Source: Octopus bimaculoides
Taxonomy: Eukaryota
Direction: 5' to 3'
Length of the DNA stretch: 64,000 nucleotides
NCBI RefSeq assembly: GCF_001194135.2
Contig: NC_068992.1
Coordinates: forward strand, 66,227,427 to 66,291,426
Under the pieces are notes generated by a model that searched no databases, was not told the origin of the DNA, and worked only from the letters and a program-made list of their open reading frames with translations. How positions within the stretch are numbered: position 1 is the stretch's first letter; every line of letters starts with the position of its first letter. Shown here one piece after another: positions 11,695-22,260 of this stretch. A program made the position numbers and the translations under genes.

Positions 11695-11890
11695 AATGTT
11701 TTCAAATTTTGGTACGAGGCCAGCGGTTTTGGGGAAAGGAGTAATTACATCGACCCCCATGATCAACTGGTACTTTTTTATTGATCCCAGAAGGATGAAA
11801 GGATAAAACAACCTCAGTGGAACTTGAGCTCAAATGCAAGGACCGACAAAATGCCTGACATGCTAATGAGTCTGCAAGCTTGCCACCTTA
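11695..11890 (-). mobile_element. tRNA-derived SINE family B copy
   Basis: Reverse complement of the family B copy at 18800-19020, bordered by an (AAT)n run. Confidence 0.75.
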
Positions 11891-12539
11891 GTTAATAATG
11901 ATAATTTCTATTATAAATTATTAATTAATAATAATAATTTCTATTACAAAGTCAGGAAATGGGGTGGGATAATCACTTAAACCAACTCCAGTGCATAAAT
12001 GGTACTGTATTTTATGAACTCTGGTTGGAGGAGAGAAAAAGTTGAAGAATGATTTCTGACACAGAATTCCAAGTCTTGGAATTTTGGGAGAAAATTTAAT
12101 CTGTTAATGTAATGCCCAGAATGAGAATGGTGACGGCCGATGTGATTGATGATAAATCTAATGGACAGTTTATGGAATAATGTCATGAGTTTGTTAATAG
12201 AAACAGAGAGGCTATTGTTCTGGACTCTTGCCCTTGAATAGAAGAGTAATAAATGAAGAGTCGAAGGTTAACGGCACATACAACTTCTTCATCCCTTTTT
12301 GACTTGAAGGACAAAAGTCAGGAACGTTACCCTTTCAACTAAACTTTATTGATACTCCACAAACTTTCTTAAACTCAATTCTGCTACATTGTTTTGTCAA
12401 CCCCAGAAGAATAAAAGACAATATCAACTTTGATGGGATTTGAACTCAAAGCAAAAACAAAAGAAAGCTATGTAGGATATTTTTGTCTAACACTACCAAT
12501 TTTGCCACCTCACCCACTGCCTGTTATTTATAATCATTA

Positions 12540-12725
12540 TCCTGAGGGTGGTGGAGTGGTAGAATCATTAGTGTTGGACAAAATACTTGTGGTATTTGTT
12601 GCAGTTCTTTACACTTTGAGTTCAAAACCTACCAAGGGCAACTTTGCCTTTCATCCTTTCATGAACTTGGCCCCTCCTCTCAAAAATGCTGGCCTAGTGC
12701 CAACATTTGAAATCATTGTTATTAT
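12540..12725 (+). mobile_element. tRNA-derived SINE family B copy
   Basis: B-box-like GAGTTCAAA followed by CCAAGGGCAACTTTGCCTTTCATCCTTTC; the 3' end TGGCCTAGTGCCAACATTTGAAA is shared with other copies. Confidence 0.7.
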
Positions 12726-13240
12726 TAACTTCCAGAAATCTCTGGCCTGACAGTGCTACTGAGGACACTGCCAATTTGAGATAAATTCTATAGGCACAAA
12801 AGTGTTGTTTAGCAGGACTATCTGAGATGCACGCAGAGTGACGAAACCGTTTTGCATGCACTTATGCAGCGTCTGAGTATTGTTGACTTGTGGTGTTATG
12901 TCAAACAGCTTTTGTCATGTGTGGGACAAATCTGACCATCAGCTGAATCTATCATGAGTATCTCCCCACCATTCACCATTAACTGAGCAGGGCAGGCAGT
13001 CTTCCTCTGACTAGTGGCTATAGCAAACGAAGTTCTATGGTGGACGAGGCTGAAAGGATGAGTTCCACTTTGAAAGGAGAGTGCTACCTCCCAGTGAATT
13101 TGTGTGAAGATGGGTGACTGTTTCAAAAATGGTTAGAGTGAACCTGTGGATTGGAAAGCAGAAGAGAGGGCTCATACCTTTAGTGGTTAGAATAATCCTG
13201 GATCTGTGGAGTTTCTTGATTGACCTTAATTGGAGTTTCT

Positions 13241-13430
13241 GCCAGTGGCACGTAAAAAGCACCCACTACACTCTAGGAGTGGTTGGCGTTAGGAAGGGCA
13301 TCCAAGTGTAGAAACCTTGCCAGATCAGATTGGAGCATGGTGCAGCCTTCTGGCTAGCCAGCCCTCAGTCAAACCGTCCAACCCATACCAGCATGGAAAG
13401 CGGACGTTAAGCAATGATGATGATTATTAT
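13241..13430 (+). mobile_element. RTE-LINE 3' end copy (5'-truncated LINE or tail-sharing SINE), (GAT)n tail
   Basis: AAAAAGCACCCACTACACT...GGAAGGGCATCCA...CCAGCATGGAAAGCGGACGTTAA + GATGAT, homologous to the 3' UTR of the RTE at 19478-20770. Confidence 0.8.
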
Positions 13431-14682
13431 TACTTAGTAGAGTTGGCTCAGGTTGAACATCTTCATACACAGCCTGAACAATGGTCACGAATCATCACCA
13501 TCATGATTAGGCTATACCTGTTTAAGTATTCTGAGAGTTAATCCCACTGTGCCTTGCCCCTAGAAATTTCTGGTCTGGTGCCAGTGTAAGACATCATTAT
13601 TATGTATCAAACATCATGGAAATCAAAATGGTTGGCACAATTCCAAAGGAATACGAAGTGGTGACAGGAGTAATGATTAACCTGGACAGCTAATGTGAGC
13701 TTGTATTTTGGCACCTGAAGAAGCGAGTCCATATGACCAGCCAACACAGTAGGTAGTGGGGTGGGGACCGACACAGCAATTAAGTTCCTTGGGACCTCAA
13801 AGTGGATAGGCACGGGGACATGGTCAGGTTGTCCATTTGCTTTGAACATCCTCTGTTTGGAGGGGGACTCAGTATACTGTGGTTGTGATATGCAAACATG
13901 CTTTGAGGCTGCAGCATCTACAGACATTCCTTGACTGTGTACAGGTGTGATCCCCTTTTCAGCCATGTTTTTATCATAGCTTGTCTTTTTGACAGAACTG
14001 CAGTCCTGGACACCTGATATCTGGAAATTTATCAGGCAGCACTCTGCCAGCCAGTCAGGCAGTGCAACTGATGGAACTGCCATGTTTGTCACCCTTCTTG
14101 CCTCTCTTCAGTCCTCTGTAGAATGTGTATTCTATAGAAGACTGAAGACAGGCAAGAAGGGTGGCATTTTCAGGGAACCCTTTGTAGTGAGTGAAGATCA
14201 GTTGACTGGGCTATTCTGGAGGGTTTTCAGTCTGGGGTCTATAAACCTGTTTGAGAAATCCATAGCACGGCAATGCTATAGGAGGGCATTACCAATTTAA
14301 GATAAACTCTACAGACATGGAAGTGTCATCGGTCAAGCCTGTCCGAGGTATGGAGCCACAAAATTGTTCTGCCTGCTTTTGTTTAAACATTTCTAACTTG
14401 TGGAGTTTTATCGAACAATTATTTTTGTATTTTGGAAGGGCCCATTTAAATATCAGCGGAATCATTTGGGAAGATTGCTCCACTGCCTTTTCTGGGACCA
14501 GAAAGAGCAGATAATTTTCCTCTATCTGCTGGCTAGAGCAAAGGCCAAGAACTCACTAACTTTTTCACTTAGAGAGCAATGTGAGAATGTTTGAATGGTT
14601 TGAAAAAATGATTGATCATCAAAGTTATTTATTGCAGTATACTCGTGCAGTCATTCTGGTGCTATATAACAAGCACCAATGC

Positions 14683-14828
14683 TGGGGCCATGTAAAGAGC
14701 ACCCAGTACACTGTAAAGTGGTTGATGTTAGTAAGGGCATCCAACCGTAGAACCATACTGAAAGAGACAGTTGGAGCCTGCTGCAGCTCTCCAGCCTTGC
14801 CAACCTGTCAAACTGTTCAGCAGATGGT

Positions 14829-14870
<42 letters not shown>
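14683..14870 (+). mobile_element. RTE 3' end copy, degenerate, with long (GAT)n tail
   Basis: Same motifs as 13241-13430; (GAT)n at ~14828-14870. Confidence 0.7.
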
Positions 14871-14871
<1 letters not shown>

Positions 14872-15542
14872 AAAAGAGAGTGGAGTGGATTGATATGGAC
14901 ATTTAAACTGGATAAAACCTATGCCTGTAGAGAATATATACCCACCAAGTAAATGTAGAAAGTTTTGGATTTAATTAATTGGGTTAGATTGAAGAATAGT
15001 TAGCTCCATAGATAATATGGAAGATGCTGTATTGTAATTCTGTCCAACTCCTGCCAGGAGACATACAACATACACAGATATGGTAGATATCTTTAAAACA
15101 GTTTGAGTCTGCTCTGAACAGTGAAGGAAAGTCTAGTCCACAACCTGCTATTTTACTTTGGAGAAAGATATCTATGATACACAAGTTCATAGTTTCTCTA
15201 TTTCACACCTCATATACATGTCTGAAACCATTATTTTTTTTATTTTATGTCTCTTGTCTTAATTAGTTTCAAGTTAATTAATGCACACGATATTCCCAGA
15301 TGCTTCTTAGGAATGCTTGCTTGTATTCAGTTTTAACACAGTTTTCGAGTGCTTAGAATGTATAATCTTTTACTTCAAAGGAGATGGCATGGAACAGGTG
15401 TTGACCTTGTAACTAATGGAAAAACTGAACTGGTGCTGGTGCCAAGATTTGTTCAGCTAAAGATGGTGCTCCAGCATGGCCGCAGTCAAATGTCTGAAAC
15501 AAATAAAAGAATTAAAAGAATATTAAACCTCCCAACACTCGA

Positions 15543-15890
15543 GTAGCCCACACTCTTAACCACTACGCCGTATGCCACGGGCTTATATGCCCATGGGCCC
15601 ATGGACATATGGCATAGCGGTAAAGAACGCAGGCTACTATACTAGCCCCAAGATTCCAAGTTCGATTCCAAGCAGTGACCTGAACAATAACAATAATAAT
15701 AATAATGATAATAATAACATTTAAAAATACCTTAGGAATGAGAACCCAGATTCGAAATTTCCTCAAAACACCTGAAGAAGGCTGGAGGGTATATCAACCG
15801 AAACGTTGTGTTAACAAACAAGATGAGGACAAATATCAGTTGAATGTAAATAATGTACATAATTCCTCATCTCTTAAATATAGAAAGTTG
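15543..15890 (+). mobile_element. Composite element: inverted partial tRNA-like head + tRNA-like head + (AAT)n + Penelope-type hammerhead segment
   Basis: A box TGGCATAGCGG (~15610) and B box GTTCGATTCC (~15660). 15543-15576 is the reverse complement of 15604-15637 (25/34 identical). Hammerhead motif at 15767-15812. Confidence 0.7.
15767..15812 (+). ncRNA. Minimal type-I hammerhead ribozyme motif (Penelope-like element type)
   Basis: Stem I AACAC(15767-71)/GTGTT(15808-12); core CTGAAGA (15772-78) plus an extra A; stem II GGCTG/CAACC with one mismatch; GAAA (15800-03); palindromic helix III ACGT; predicted cleavage after GUU at 15807. Confidence 0.7.
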
Positions 15891-16353
15891 ACCTTGGTGG
15901 GAATTGAACTGAAAGGGTAAAAGAGCTGGAAGAAATGCTACTTTCTTCCAGCTTTTGGTCCAATGGGGCTAACAGTTCTGCTAGTTTGCCACCTTTTTTT
16001 GTGCGAACATTAGGCCTTCATAATTAATAGGGATTATTTAATCAGGTATGAAAACTTAAAATGGGAACATTGGTGAAGTTGAAACATTTTAAATAAGAAA
16101 TCCCAAAGTAAACCTCAGGTTCACTGAGAATATTCTGTAGTAGGTTGGCACTGGTCACAGAGTTTTGGTAAAATATCTTCTAGATGAATCTATGAAGCAG
16201 TTCTTTGGTGAAAGATGGGCAGTAACTGTAAAACTGACACTTCTTTACGCATCTGTTATCATCCAAGCACGTCTGTACCAATGCTCTCATCTCTCTTGCA
16301 CACCAAATCTGATTTACAATATCATCTTCAGTACCCTATGTCTCTTTCTCTTT

Positions 16354-16394
<41 letters not shown>

Positions 16395-16450
16395 AATCAT
16401 TCTCTCACACATATCTTAGTGCTTATTAAGGAGTTTGAATATCTGACTGG

Positions 16451-16650
16451 CCCTCGTGCCAGTGACATGTAAAAAGCACCTACTTTACTCTAGGAGTGGT
16501 TGGCGTAAGGAAGGGCATCCAGCTGTAGAAACTTTGTCAGATCAGATTAGAGCCTGGTGCAGCCTTCTGGCTCGCCAGCCCTCAGTCAAACTGTCCAACT
16601 CATGCCAGCATGGAAAGCGGACATTAAACGATGATGATGATGATGATGAT
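16451..16650 (+). mobile_element. RTE 3' end copy with (GAT)n tail
   Basis: High similarity to 13241-13430. Confidence 0.8.
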
Positions 16651-16659
16651 CTATGTATG

Positions 16660-16990
16660 CTGTATGTCCTTTCACTTGTTTCAGTCATTGGACTGCAGCT
16701 CCCAGTACTTATTTTTTAAGTCTATCAACATCTTTTACTGAACCGCTAAGTTATAGGAATGTAAACAAACCAACATCAGTTGTCAAGGAGTGAGAGGAAA
16801 CAGACACAAACATGAAGACACATGTATTATATGCAACGGGCTTCTTTTAGTTTCCAGCTATGAAATCTACTCTCAAGGCCTTTGGTCAGCCTGGGGTTGT
16901 AGTAGAAGACACCTGTTCAAAGTGCCATGCAGTGGGACAGAACCTGAAGGCATGTGATTGGGAAGCAAACGTCTTACCACACAGCCAGTG
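16660..16990 (-). mobile_element. tRNA-derived SINE family D (head + internal TG microsatellite + 3' body)
   Basis: 16820-16990 is the reverse complement of the head at 51727-51890. It is joined via CA-rich sequence to the same body as at 62345-62520. Confidence 0.7.
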
Positions 16991-18799
16991 CCTGTGTCTG
17001 TTTCATTCAATTACTATTCACATAAGTCTTGATTGCAGGAAAATGAAATCACTGTTTCCTTTGATCTTTCCTAATAACTACTATTTGTGTGGACCCTAAA
17101 ACTTGTGGAGTGGAAATGGGGAGTTGTAGAGTTATGCCTTTACCAAAGTAAGGTAAACAGTTTTATTGGATTGAATTCCCTGGGTGAGCATATCACTACC
17201 TTCTCTATAACATCCACCATCCTGCGGAGTGTTGTATGAAAATATTGAGCTGTAACTCTAATAGTAGCCACATGTTATTCCTCATAGATTGAATTACCAA
17301 AGTCTGTCGGCGACATATGGAAATAGAATCAGAAACACTATAGCAAGACTGGATTGGCGGAGCAGTTATGTTGTTTGTCCTTTTGTTACAGACACATGAA
17401 TAAAGCTGTAGCTCTCTGCTGTTAGCATTGATAATGGCATGAAAATTAAAATTAATCTGTTGTTATGACTGCACACATCATTTGAAGATAATCTCTTCTT
17501 TTTTATTTCTACTTAGTGCTAAGTGCCGAGTTGTGGTACACTTTTATTGAGCTGAGTTTTCAATCTGCTTATTTCTCAATTATAAACATCATTGGTACCC
17601 TGGTCTATAGTCTCAGTTATATCACCATTGATATCCTGATATATTTTCCCAGTTATACACATCATTGATACCCTCTGGAAAGCCGTGGCTGTCACATAAT
17701 CAATAGTCCTCTATTGGCTTAGCTATCTGAACGTTTAAGAATGTATGTCATGCTACCTACACAGAACTGGGTGTCCATTAAACACACTTAATTCTCAAAT
17801 GATTCAGGCCATCTAACTATTGGTAGCTTCTCACCAAATACCAACAAATCACTACTGTAGCATTTGTTGAGTAATTTATTAGCCTGAGTTCAGTTCTTAT
17901 GGAGGACTGAGCATTTCATACACAGCTAGATTACATAAAACCCCCTCAGTGGTTCTCTGTAAGAAATACACAATAAAAGCTTTTAGACGCTTGCCAAATT
18001 TTGTAAAGTTATGGAAGAATATTACAAACATACACTAATATTTATTGAACAACCCTGATGGAACAGAAAGTAAATTAATGTCTGCAAGAAGGAATATAAA
18101 GTGCCAAACTAGGGGCCCTAAAGTCTGTCGCCTACTTCTCTTCCATTTCCACAAATTCCTCAACCGCAGTGTCATTTTTATTGGCAATTTGGATTTGGGC
18201 GTGTTTTATTTAAAAGACATACTCAGTGTAATCGACACAGTAATTACTCTTTCATCTGCTTTGATGTATTCTTATTGTCTATATTGATCAACTGATTCCA
18301 TAATCTGGCTTTGATTCCCATTTTACTCACCTCCTTGATGTTACTCTTAGAAGTATGACCATTTATAGTTTCCATCTGTCTTTTATTATTAAACATTTTC
18401 ATTAATTATTGATGCACCAAGCAGCGTGTTGTGGATAATGGAGATGGACTAAAAGTAAACATTTTCTATTTCAGTATTGATTTCCTTCTGAGTTAACTCC
18501 GTAGAGTACCATAGAGTACCACAGAGTCCAGAAGTATGTTGTCAGTGACGCCTGTCTGTGACCCATGCTCAACCCCCCCCCCTCCTGCTCCTTTTGATTT
18601 TCATTCTGTGACCACAAAATCATGAATGTGTATGAATGATTGCATCATGCCTAGTATATGACTTGTACTTATACTGCTCTGGTACAATGAAGGATTAAGT
18701 AGACCATGGAGGAATTTCAGCTGAGAAATGCAAGTCATTCAAGTAGTCTGAAGCATCTCGTCTAACTTCTTAACATTATTATTATTATTATTATGAAGT

Positions 18800-19020
18800 T
18801 GGTGAGCTGGCAGAGTTGTTAGCATGCCAGACAAAAATGCTTAGCAGTATGTCATCTGTCTACGTTCTGAGTTCAATTTCTGCCGAGGTCAACTTTGCCC
18901 TTCATCCTTTCGGGGTCGATAAATTAAGTACCAGTTGCGTACTGGGTCAATCTAATCAACTGACCCCCGCCCCCCAAAAATTTCAGGCCTTGTACCTTGA
19001 GTAGAAAAGATTGTTATTGA
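18800..19020 (+). mobile_element. tRNA-derived SINE family B, near full-length reference copy
   Basis: A-box-like TGGCAGAGTTG and B-box-like GAGTTCAATT, followed by GAGGTCAACTTTGCCCTTCATCCTTTCGGGGTCGATAAATTAAGTACCAG. Confidence 0.8.
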
Positions 19021-19477
19021 GGCCACTGACAATCCCTGTAACTGATTCTTACTTAAGCATTGCAGTGTTTTTTAAGGAAGGAATTATGAGGAATGTGTTG
19101 CATTTATGCTTCTCCCACTGGCATAAATTGAGGCTTACTGACTTGGTTTGTCAAGAACCTGACCCCCACCCACCCACACACACACACACATATACATGTA
19201 TGTGGTGGTAGGGTGGAAGTAGGTAACTAGACCATGAGCACTAGTTTCATTTAACTGCCTGAGCAGATGTCAGTGATTGTCAATATACTGGTTGCAAAAG
19301 TGAAAGTCGTGACTGAAATAAGTGGTCATGTGACATCAACAGGACTTTGGTTGCCAATTCATGAATTATTGGCTGAGATATGTTCATAACTACACCTTAG
19401 AAGTAATTAAACACCCTGCTTTCTACACACTTAACCTCTATAGCTGACCCTCTACACTTCTCTGCAAATGTGTATTC

Positions 19478-20770
19478 CATCATCATTATCAATGTTGCTG
19501 TTTAACGTCCACTTTCCATGCTGGCATGGGTTGGATTGATTGACTGAGAACTAGCAAGCTGGGAGGCTGCACAAAGGCTCCAATCTGATTTGGCAAGGGT
19601 TCTACAGCTGGATGCCCTTCTTAATGCCAACCACTCTGTGAGTGTAGTGGGTGATTTTTATGTGTCACTAGCATGAGAGCCAGTCAGGCAGCACTGGCAT
19701 TGGCCACGCTCAAATGCTGCTTTTTATGTGCCACCGGTACAGGTGCCAGTCAGGTGGCACTGGCATCAGCCACAACTACAATTTCACTCAGTTCAACAGG
19801 TTTTCACAAACACACCATATTACCGAACGATTGAAGGGTGCTTTTAAATGGGCCCAGTTATGTGACACTGGCATCAGCCACAACTACAATCTCACTCTGC
19901 TTGCCAGGTCTTCTCAAGCATGGCATATCGCCAAAAGTCTCGGTCGCTTGTCATTGCATCTGTGAGGCCCAATGTTTGAAGGTCGTGCTTCACCACCTCA
20001 TCCCATTTCTGGGTCTACTTCTTCCCCAAGTTCCATCCACTGTTTGGGTGTGACACTTCTTCACACAGCTGTCTTCATTCATACGCATCACATGACCATA
20101 CCAGTGCAATCGTTTCTCTTGCACACCACATCTGATGCTTCTTATGTCCAACTTTTCTCTCAGGGTGCTTACATTCTGTTGCGTATGCGCACTGACATTA
20201 CACATCCAGCGATCATACTAGCTTCATTTCTTTCAAGCCTACGCATGTTCTCAGTAGTCATGGCCCATGTTTCACTGCTGTGTCGCATGGCTGTTCGCAC
20301 ACAGGCATCATACAGTCTACTTTTCACTCTGAGCGAGAAGCCTTTTGTTACCAGCAGAGTAAGAGGTCTCTGAACTTTGCCCAGGCTATTCTTATTCTAA
20401 CAGCTACGCTCTCAGAGCATCCACCCACCACTACTGACTTGGTGACCTAGGTAACTGAAGCGATCAACTACTTCTAGTTTTTTTCCTCTGGCATGTGATA
20501 GAATCTGTTTTCTGTACATTTTTGATGTTTATTGCACCTGTGCATCTTGCACACACAAAAACTATATTCCCAGTTAACTTTCTTTTGATATTGCTGCACC
20601 TATTGTGCATGAAGCGTGATGCTTGAAAGCGCACTGCTAATTTAGTGAATAGGGAAAGCTTGGTTTGTAATGTTTGCAGTCGTGTACGCTTGTCAAGAGC
20701 AGGGCTCATTATCAACCAGTGGAGCCGCAAATGCAAAATATAAGCTAGTCCTAGAGTGCACAATGTTCCT
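19478..20770 (-). mobile_element. RTE-clade non-LTR retrotransposon, 3' portion (ORF C-terminus, 3' UTR, (GAT)n tail), frameshifted
   Basis: Minus-strand translations HNRCSNIKRKLTGNIVFVCARCTG, KLEVVDRFSYLG(DQVS)SGGGCSESVA, LYDACVRTAMRHSSETWA and RLHWYGHVMRMNEDSCVKKC...GTWGRSRP are typical of the RTE ORF C-terminus. The 3' UTR ends in GGACGTTAAA and a degenerate GAT tail at ~19480. Confidence 0.9.
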
Positions 20771-20991
20771 AAAGGTCAGCAATGGTCTTCCTTGGTCACC
20801 AGTGGATGGTCATCATATATATACATAAATTTAAGTCACAATATATGGATTCAAGTAATTTGGTAAGAAAAGCTCATAAAGAAAGCTCCTTAATGTATCA
20901 TTCTACAAAACATATAGAATATATAATACAAGAGAAAATGACAAGGAGTGTGTGTGTGTGTGTATATATATATATACTCACATTATGTACT

Positions 20992-21001
20992 NNNNNNNNN
21001 N
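20992..21001. other. Assembly gap (10 N) with duplicated flanks
   Basis: TATATACTCACATTATGTACT occurs on both sides of the gap. Confidence 0.95.
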
Positions 21002-21053
<52 letters not shown>

Positions 21054-21436
21054 CTCACATTATGTACTTTTTATATACGTGTGTAACATGATGATTGTTT
21101 TTCAAATCATTTATATGTATATATATATACACACACACACACACTTTGATTTTAGCTAAAACACAAGTGGCCATTGAGCTAAGAAGGGAGTGTGGTTTTA
21201 AATTGTTAACGATTTAAAAATATGCAATCCGAGTTTCCATAAGAGTGAAATTACAGACCATATCCTGAAATTAAGGGTTATACTTTACAATTTCCGTAAG
21301 CATGAAATCCCATAACCTGAGGTAGCCGTAATATGAGGGATGCCTGTATGTCTTTGGTAATATCTGCAGTCTTTGATAATATCTGCTGGGTTTTTGTTAG
21401 GAATATCCACTAAGTGTATCTGCCGTGAGACATCTA

Positions 21437-22260
21437 TGAGGTGGTAACAAGAAGCTCCCAGGCTAGTTATGCTTAATACAAAATAACTTATTCACCTAAA
21501 TTTTAACATGGCTCTCCTTCGAAATAGTCACCTTGCACAGCAATACACCAGTCCTTCCACTTTTGGAATCCGGCCTGCAAGTCGTTCTCCGTAAGTGAGT
21601 TGAGGACCTTCTGCTATTCACTCTGGATCTCAACAATGGTGTTAAATGGTGATATTTGAGCTGCATTTTCATTTTGGGGAAGTGATGTAAGTCCACAGGT
21701 GCTAAATCTAGCAAATAGGGCAAGTGTGGAAACAATATCATGCTGTTTTTGGCAAGAAACTCACAAGTCAGGAGAGGTTGGTCATCGTGAAGAATTCAGT
21801 TCTTTGTGCTTCACAGATCTGGTCACTTTCACTGAATGTCCTCCCTCGAACACTTCAAAACATCATTGACGGTCCTCCGATGGTCCTCAAAGAGCTGCTG
21901 ATGAATTTTATTCACATTTCCGGATGGTGACGCTTGTGGCAGGTCTTTCAGATTGCTCATTGTTTTCCAGAGATGTTCTTCCGCTTTTCAAGCACCCATG
22001 CTACTTGAAACATTGTGTATGACCCATTGCCCCATCACCGTAAGTTTGTCGAAGCATGCTCAATGACGAAAAATCACAGACTACAGCATACATGTGATTA
22101 CATAAACAGAAATTTCACAACTTGTGAAGTAAACACAGTGATATCATTTGGCACACTGGCTCATGAAAGTCACTGCTAGCTCTCACTGTGAATGCAACTG
22201 TGTGCTGCCATCTGTTGGCATGCTACAGAACTAGTCCAAGAGCTTTTTGATACCACCTTG
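21437..22260 (-). mobile_element. Internally deleted mariner element (824 bp) with TIRs and TA target duplication
   Basis: Left TA|TGAGGTGGTAACAAGAAGCTCCCAGGCTAGTT versus reverse complement of right end TA|CAAGGTGGTATCAAAAAGCTCTTGGACTAGTT. Minus strand encodes the N-terminal LRQTYGDGAMG...KSGRTSLE and C-terminal PHLPYLLDLAPVD (YSPDLAPxD), with the middle missing. Confidence 0.88.

Noticed and set aside
12822-12852. Hammerhead-like CTGAGA...CGAAACCG
   Set aside because: The core lacks N7, helix II is only 3 bp and no helix I pairing is present.
13600-14520. ORFs 13607..14092 and neighbours as a gene or retroelement C-terminus
   Set aside because: No motif could be identified with confidence; probably a decayed TE but unsupported.
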